DNA of 36,676 bases. It comes from Campylobacteraceae bacterium (GTDB lineage: Bacteria > Campylobacterota > Campylobacteria > Campylobacterales > Sulfurovaceae). Where the stretch lies: the NCBI GenBank assembly GCA_027023145.1, contig JALVWV010000196.1, positions 1 to 36,676 on the forward strand, in the 5' to 3' direction. This document shows, piece by piece, positions 32,703 through 36,676 of the stretch. Numbering within the stretch: position 1 is the first letter of the stretch; each line of letters starts with the position of its first letter. The translations under genes and the position numbers were made by a program. Under the pieces are notes generated by a model that had not been told where the DNA came from, did not search any database, and was given only the letters and a program-made list of their open reading frames with translations.

Positions 32703-32730
32703 AGTAGGAAGTAAGAAGTAGGAAGTAGGA
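32703..32730 (+). repeat. heptamer array AGTAGGA AGTAAGA AGTAGGA AGTAGGA, starting at the first base after the mqn-family stop
   Basis: Read directly; followed by ATTTTGG. Confidence 0.9.
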
Positions 32731-32740
32731 ATTTTGGTAT

Positions 32741-32761
32741 GCGTTGCTTGGCAACGCTTTT
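32741..32761 (+). terminator. intrinsic terminator-like hairpin GCGTTGC-TTG-GCAACGC plus TTTT
   Basis: Same module as at the other loci, with a different loop. Confidence 0.65.
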
Positions 32762-32786
32762 GTAGGTGTTGTCCTCTGACAACACC
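32762..32786 (+). repeat. GTAG-headed palindrome GTAGGTGTTGTCCTCTGACAACACC
   Basis: 9-bp stem GGTGTTGTC/GACAACACC with loop CTCT, followed by AAAATCAC as in other copies. Confidence 0.85.
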
Positions 32787-32809
32787 AAAATCACAAATGT
32801 ATTTTATTT

Positions 32810-32887
32810 GGAAGTGGAGGCTTCAGCCCCACCTTGAGGTCACCATGTTATTTGAGTGTTGGGCGGGACTGAAGTCTCCGCTTCCGG
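32810..32887 (+). mobile_element. 78-bp TIR-bounded MITE/REPIN-like element, copy 3
   Basis: Left arm GGAAGTGGAGGCTTCAGCCCCACC. The reverse complement of the right arm is GGAAGCGGAGACTTCAGTCCCGCC (20 of 24 identical). Confidence 0.7.
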
Positions 32888-32962
32888 AAAAGCTCCATCA
32901 AAAGGTGCGCAATTGAGCATTCTGCGGGGAAACAAATATAAAAACCACAAAAAGGAACAACC

Positions 32963-34204
32963 ATGCCAGCCACCCAAACCACCTTTCACCTCCACGGGGT
33001 TGAAATCCCCGTGATTTTTGAAGAGGAGCGGTATCTTCCGATTGTTTCATTGCAGTTGGTGTTTGAAGACAGCGGAGCACTCAGTGATCTCAATCCGGGT
33101 CAAGCGCGGATGACAGCGCGGCTACTGGGAGAAGGATCACGCAAGGCGGGTTCAGCGGCGTTTGCCGAGCGTCTGGAGTCCCGGGCGGTGAGCCTGAGTG
33201 CTCACGCAGGGCGGGAGACGATGGTGATCGAGCTGAGTGCGCTCAAGGAGAACTTCGGGTATGGAGCCGGGATGCTGGCCGAACTGCTGGCAGATCCCAA
33301 CTATTCTCCTGAAGCATTTGAAACCGTTCAGGCAAGCACGCTCGGTAAACTCACCCAGAAACAGAGTGACTACGATTATCTCGCGTCTGTCGGGCTCTCG
33401 CGCCTGCTCTTTGAAGGTACCGGGCTGTCTGAACCGATTGACGGGACGCTTGAGAGTGTGCGAATGATGGATCCGGAGGATTTGGTCTACCAATTCCGCA
33501 CCCATGTGGGCTTGAGCAACCTTACCATTGTCCTCGGAGGGGATCTGAGCTGGGAAGAGGCGCAAACGTATCTTCAGCAGGCGCTCACACCGCTCAAGCA
33601 AACATCCGTCGTCCCCATCGGTCATTTTACGGCGACCGATACCCCCCGGATCGATCGGGCGTTTGTCCAGACAGAACAGGCGTATATCTATTTTGGAGCG
33701 CCGCTGGATGTGGCGTACGATGGCGCAGAGACCCATCTGGCCAAAATCGCCGCGTTTGTGCTGGGCAGCAGCGGTTTTGGAAGCCGCCTCATGGAAGAAG
33801 TCCGGGTCAAGCGGGGACTGGCGTATTCTGCTTATGGGCATTTTGCCCTCAAACGCTCGGTGAGTTACTTCACCGGACATGTCCAGACCAAACTTGAGAG
33901 CGAAGAGGAAGCCATCGAAGTGATTGGCGAAGTGGTCTCCGAGTTTGTCAAGGACGGCATCACCGCCAAAGAGCTCGAAGGAGCCAAAGCCTTCCTCCTT
34001 GGGAGTGAGCCTTTGCGCACCGAGACCCTCTCTCAGCGTCTGGGGCGGGCGTTTGATGAGTATTATGCGCACAAACCTCTGGGTGAGAGTGCCCGTCAGC
34101 TGGAGCAGATCGAAGGGGTGAGCCTCGAGGAGATCAACGCGTTTATCCGGGAGCATGAGGAGATTGAGAAGCTTAGTTTTTATGTGGTAACAAGGGAGAA
34201 TTAG
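32963..34204 (+). CDS. M16 (pitrilysin) family peptidase-like protein lacking the HxxEH zinc motif (probably a non-catalytic subunit)
   Basis: 413-aa ORF with the two-domain M16 layout (R/Y pair region VRVKRGLAYSAYG). The position where HxxEH is expected reads ARMTARLLGEG. Confidence 0.75.
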   Translation: MPATQTTFHLHGVEIPVIFEEERYLPIVSLQLVFEDSGALSDLNPGQARMTARLLGEGSRKAGSAAFAERLESRAVSLSAHAGRETMVIELSALKENFGYGAGMLAELLADPNYSPEAFETVQASTLGKLTQKQSDYDYLASVGLSRLLFEGTGLSEPIDGTLESVRMMDPEDLVYQFRTHVGLSNLTIVLGGDLSWEEAQTYLQQALTPLKQTSVVPIGHFTATDTPRIDRAFVQTEQAYIYFGAPLDVAYDGAETHLAKIAAFVLGSSGFGSRLMEEVRVKRGLAYSAYGHFALKRSVSYFTGHVQTKLESEEEAIEVIGEVVSEFVKDGITAKELEGAKAFLLGSEPLRTETLSQRLGRAFDEYYAHKPLGESARQLEQIEGVSLEEINAFIREHEEIEKLSFYVVTREN

Positions 34205-34226
34205 GAGTTAGGAATTAGGAGTGAGG
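34199..34226 (+). repeat. heptamer array AATTAGG AGTTAGG AATTAGG AGTGAGG spanning the last codon and stop of the M16-like gene
   Basis: Read directly; followed by AATTTTGG. Confidence 0.9.
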
Positions 34227-34237
34227 AATTTTGGTGG

Positions 34238-34258
34238 GCGTTGCTCTGCAACGCTTTT
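34238..34258 (+). terminator. intrinsic terminator-like hairpin GCGTTGC-TCT-GCAACGC plus TTTT
   Basis: Same module; a duplicate lies at 34386-34406 with loop GTA. Confidence 0.65.
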
Positions 34259-34315
34259 ATTTGAAAAAGGGGCTGGGACTTTAGTCCCACAAACATCGCT
34301 TGCGATGTATCGCGT

Positions 34316-34408
34316 AGATTGAGAAGTTGAGTTTTTATGTGGTAACGCGGGAGAATTAGAGGTTAGAAATTAGAAGTTTTGGTGGGCGTTGCGTAGCAAC
34401 GCTTTTAT
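34316..34408 (+). repeat. non-coding duplicate of the M16-like gene tail plus heptamer array plus terminator hairpin (copy of 34161-34260, one heptamer shorter)
   Basis: agattgagaagttgagtttttatgtggtaacgcgggagaattaga... aligns with agattgagaagcttagtttttatgtggtaacaagggagaattagga... The offset is 155 bp. Confidence 0.85.
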
Positions 34409-34410
34409 CT

Positions 34411-34432
34411 GTAGGGTTGGCTTTAGCCGACC
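34411..34432 (+). repeat. GTAG-headed hairpin GTAGGGTTGGCTTTAGCCGACC
   Basis: Copy of 30811-30832 with one loop change. Confidence 0.85.
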
Positions 34433-34500
34433 ATATGGGGGATTTGATACGCTGCGCGTTTGGTTGGACTGAAGTCCAAGCCCCATGGAGAAGGGCTCGC

Positions 34501-34592
34501 GTAGGGTGTGCAATTGCACACCAAAATCGCAACGCGATTGTCAGAATGTCCCGGTAGTGTAACCATTGGAAGGTGCGCAATTGCGCACCTAC
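34501..34592. repeat. inverted doublet of GTAG-headed palindromes (34501-34522 on the plus strand; 34572-34592 on the minus strand) with an internal AATCGCAACGCGATT hairpin
   Basis: GTAGGGTGTGCAATTGCACACC and, on the minus strand, GTAGGTGCGCAATTGCGCACC, with a 49-bp spacer. The architecture matches 30909-31001. Confidence 0.85.
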
Positions 34593-34655
34593 GTGATAAA
34601 ACGTAAAAAAATATGACAATTTGACATATTTTCCGATCCTGTGCCTATCCTTAGC

Positions 34656-34661
34656 TATAAT
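34656..34661 (+). promoter_or_regulatory. candidate -10 box TATAAT 5 nt upstream of the recG ATG (leaderless layout)
   Basis: tagcTATAATaccccATG. There is no Shine-Dalgarno sequence and no convincing -35 at the proper spacing. Confidence 0.3.
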
Positions 34662-34666
34662 ACCCC

Positions 34667-36628
34667 ATGCAAACCGATGAAGCGAAACAACTGTTCAAAA
34701 AACTCAAGATTCATACGCTGCTGGATTTGGCATTGATTGTGCCAATCTCGTACAACGACACCACCCTCTCAGCAGCACTTGATCTCGGCAAAACGGTGAC
34801 GGTGGAGGCGACGGTAGAGGAGATGGGGATGTTTGGGGGGAAGCTGCGGGTGACGTTTTTCCTTCCGCAGTTTGGCAAGCGGGTCTCTTCGACCTTTTTC
34901 CGTGCCACACCGTACCATTACGACACGTTCAAAGTGGGATCACATCACACCATCCAGGGACGACTCGAAGAGTATCGGGGATATCTCCAGATCCCGCAGC
35001 CTCGATCGATCAAAGAGGTTGGTGCTATTACTCCCAAGTATAAAACTTCCCTCAAAGCGACTGAGATCCGCGATCTGATCCGCACCTATATCACGGAGAA
35101 AAATCTTTTTGATGAGGGGTTGGACTCCCGTGAAGTGGCGACGTTGATGCACCTGCATTTCCCTAAGAGCATCGAAGAGATTTATCACGAAGGGGCACTC
35201 AAGCCTGAGCACACCCAGACACTCAAATTCATCGAAGCGTACAACCATCTGCGGAAACTGCGCAGCAAGCGGCATGACTACCCGGCCATGGAGGCGCTGA
35301 CGGGGGAGATCACACCGTTTGTCTCAGGATTGCCCTTTTCCCTGACAGCAGAGCAGGAAGAGACGATTGCCGCGATTCAACAGGATCTCTCGCGTAGCGA
35401 TCGGGCGGCCAAGCGGATGATCGTCGGAGATGTCGGTTCGGGCAAGACGATGGTGATTCTTGCCGCAGCAATGATGGCGCTGCCTCATCGGAGCATCCTC
35501 ATGGCACCCACGTCGCTGCTGGCACTTCAGCTGTATGAAGAGGCACAGAAGCATCTGCCCGATTTGGTACGTATCGCCCTGGTGATGCAGGGGCACACGG
35601 ATGAGAGTTACCGGGAGGCGGACTTTATCATCGGTACTCATGCACTGCTCTATCTCGAAGATCTGCCGGTTGCGCCGTTGGTGATGGTGGATGAGCAGCA
35701 CCGCTTCGGTACGCAGCAGCGGCAGATGTTGGAGGCGTTGGTTAGCCGTCAGAGCAGAAAGAGCAGAAAGGGGTCAGGTGATAACGATTCATCTGCTGGC
35801 GCAGACAAATCATTATCACCAGACCCCAACCCAGACAAATCATTATCACCTGACCCCTCCAACCCTGAGAAACCTCATTATCTCCAGTTTTCGGCGACCC
35901 CGATTCCCCGTACGCAAGCGATGATGGAGTCGGAGCTGGTGGATGTAAGCCTCATCACCACGACGCCGTTTGAGCGGACAGTGACGACTCGGACGGTTGG
36001 GCGGCCGGAATTTCCCAAGCTCTTGGAGCATATTCGGCAGGAGATTGCGCAGGATCACCAAGTCCTGATCGTCTATCCTCTCGTCGAGGAGAGTACCGAA
36101 GTGCCGTATCAATCACTCGATGAAGCACGGGGATACTGGGAGGAGCGGTTTGATGGGGTGTATGTAACACACGGAAAGGACAAGGACAAAGAGGAGGTGC
36201 TCCTGCGTTTTCGGGAGGAGGGCAATATCCTGCTGGCTACGACCGTCGTGGAAGTGGGGATCTCTCTGCCACGCTTGACCCTCATCGTCATCGTCGGTGC
36301 CGAGCGTCTTGGCTTGGCGACGCTCCACCAGCTGAGAGGGCGTGTCGGGCGCAACGGCTTGGAGAGCTGGTGCTATCTCTTTTCCAACACCCCGGATAAT
36401 GAGCGACTGAAGCAGTTTTCCGTTACGACCAACGGATTTGAGATCGCCAAGCTGGATTTGAAATTTCGTGACAGCGGTGATATTCTAGATGGGACGATCC
36501 AAAGCGGGCAGAAGTTTCGCTGGCTGGATATGGGGGAGGATGAGGATATGGTGGCGTATGCGAAGGAGAGAGTGGGGAAATTAGGAATTGAACCCTCCGA
36601 AAAATCAACCAAAAAAACGGTAAAATAA
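34667..36628 (+). CDS. recG: ATP-dependent DNA helicase RecG, with an unusual ~40-aa low-complexity insertion between helicase motifs II and III
   Basis: 653-aa ORF with GDVGSGKT, VDEQHRFG, FSATPIPRT, TTVVEVGI and QLRGRVGR. N-terminal wedge/OB region present. Confidence 0.9.
   Translation: MQTDEAKQLFKKLKIHTLLDLALIVPISYNDTTLSAALDLGKTVTVEATVEEMGMFGGKLRVTFFLPQFGKRVSSTFFRATPYHYDTFKVGSHHTIQGRLEEYRGYLQIPQPRSIKEVGAITPKYKTSLKATEIRDLIRTYITEKNLFDEGLDSREVATLMHLHFPKSIEEIYHEGALKPEHTQTLKFIEAYNHLRKLRSKRHDYPAMEALTGEITPFVSGLPFSLTAEQEETIAAIQQDLSRSDRAAKRMIVGDVGSGKTMVILAAAMMALPHRSILMAPTSLLALQLYEEAQKHLPDLVRIALVMQGHTDESYREADFIIGTHALLYLEDLPVAPLVMVDEQHRFGTQQRQMLEALVSRQSRKSRKGSGDNDSSAGADKSLSPDPNPDKSLSPDPSNPEKPHYLQFSATPIPRTQAMMESELVDVSLITTTPFERTVTTRTVGRPEFPKLLEHIRQEIAQDHQVLIVYPLVEESTEVPYQSLDEARGYWEERFDGVYVTHGKDKDKEEVLLRFREEGNILLATTVVEVGISLPRLTLIVIVGAERLGLATLHQLRGRVGRNGLESWCYLFSNTPDNERLKQFSVTTNGFEIAKLDLKFRDSGDILDGTIQSGQKFRWLDMGEDEDMVAYAKERVGKLGIEPSEKSTKKTVK
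35770..35857 (+). repeat. palindrome-bounded in-frame insert within recG: 15-bp perfect inverted repeat GGGGTCAGGTGATAA / TTATCACCTGACCCC enclosing a 30-bp tandem duplication
   Basis: Arms at 35770-35784 and 35843-35857. CAGACAAATCATTATCACC is repeated at 35802-35820 and 35832-35850. Upstream there is a 9-bp tandem AGCAGAAAG x2. Confidence 0.85.
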
Positions 36629-36655
36629 GATATCAAAGCAAAAGGAGGAGAAAAA

Positions 36656-36676
36656 GTGATGCATACACAGAGATTT
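36656..36676 (+). CDS. start of an unidentified CDS that continues beyond the window
   Basis: AGGAGG at 36643-36648 is followed by GTG (36656) and ATG (36659); open to the window end. Only about 6 codons are visible. Confidence 0.3.

Noticed and set aside
34621-34661. TTGACA at 34621 paired with TATAAT at 34656 as a full sigma-70 promoter for recG.
   Set aside because: The spacer is 29 nt, far outside the 16-19-nt range. Only the -10 is reported, at low confidence.

Overview
This 36.7-kb chromosomal window has the gene content of a fairly GC-rich Campylobacterota-like genome. That assignment is an inference from a futalosine-pathway radical-SAM gene, ribH-nusB, der/engB/ychF, recN, recG, PBP2, fabI, trpB and hisB; I cannot name the organism. 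I support 38 CDS, two of them partial at the window edges. I saw no rRNA, tRNA, CRISPR array, transposase or integrase gene.

Accessory content:
- A minus-strand operon (362-5287) encodes a 1004-aa ELWxxDGT-repeat lipoprotein, a 6-TM HisKA_2-type kinase and an OmpR-type regulator. A FISUMP/Ig-like lipoprotein gene lies next to it.
- An AT-rich insertion between recN and tatD carries an AAA+ ATPase (DUF4143-like, with a PD-(D/E)xK-like C-terminus) next to higBA.
- A second AT-rich islet carries a vapBC-like pair.

The most unusual signal is non-coding. Almost every longer intergenic region is built from one modular repeat system:
- 7-bp tandem arrays sit exactly at gene ends and sometimes supply C-terminal codons, stop codons or a start codon.
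- They join through TTTTGG to a terminator hairpin.
- GTAG-headed palindromes follow, often as inverted doublets, which is the REP/REPIN signature.
- Hairpin families share a constant loop or core (CTTCAG, AGGA) but have covarying stems.
- A 78-bp element bounded by terminal inverted repeats (TIRs) occurs in three copies.

Other notable points are a 25-unit ATGAAAR array abutting a TrmH-family gene, a palindrome-bounded in-frame insertion in recG, and a duplicated gene tail after the M16 peptidase-like gene. All functional calls rest on motif recognition by eye; no database search was run.
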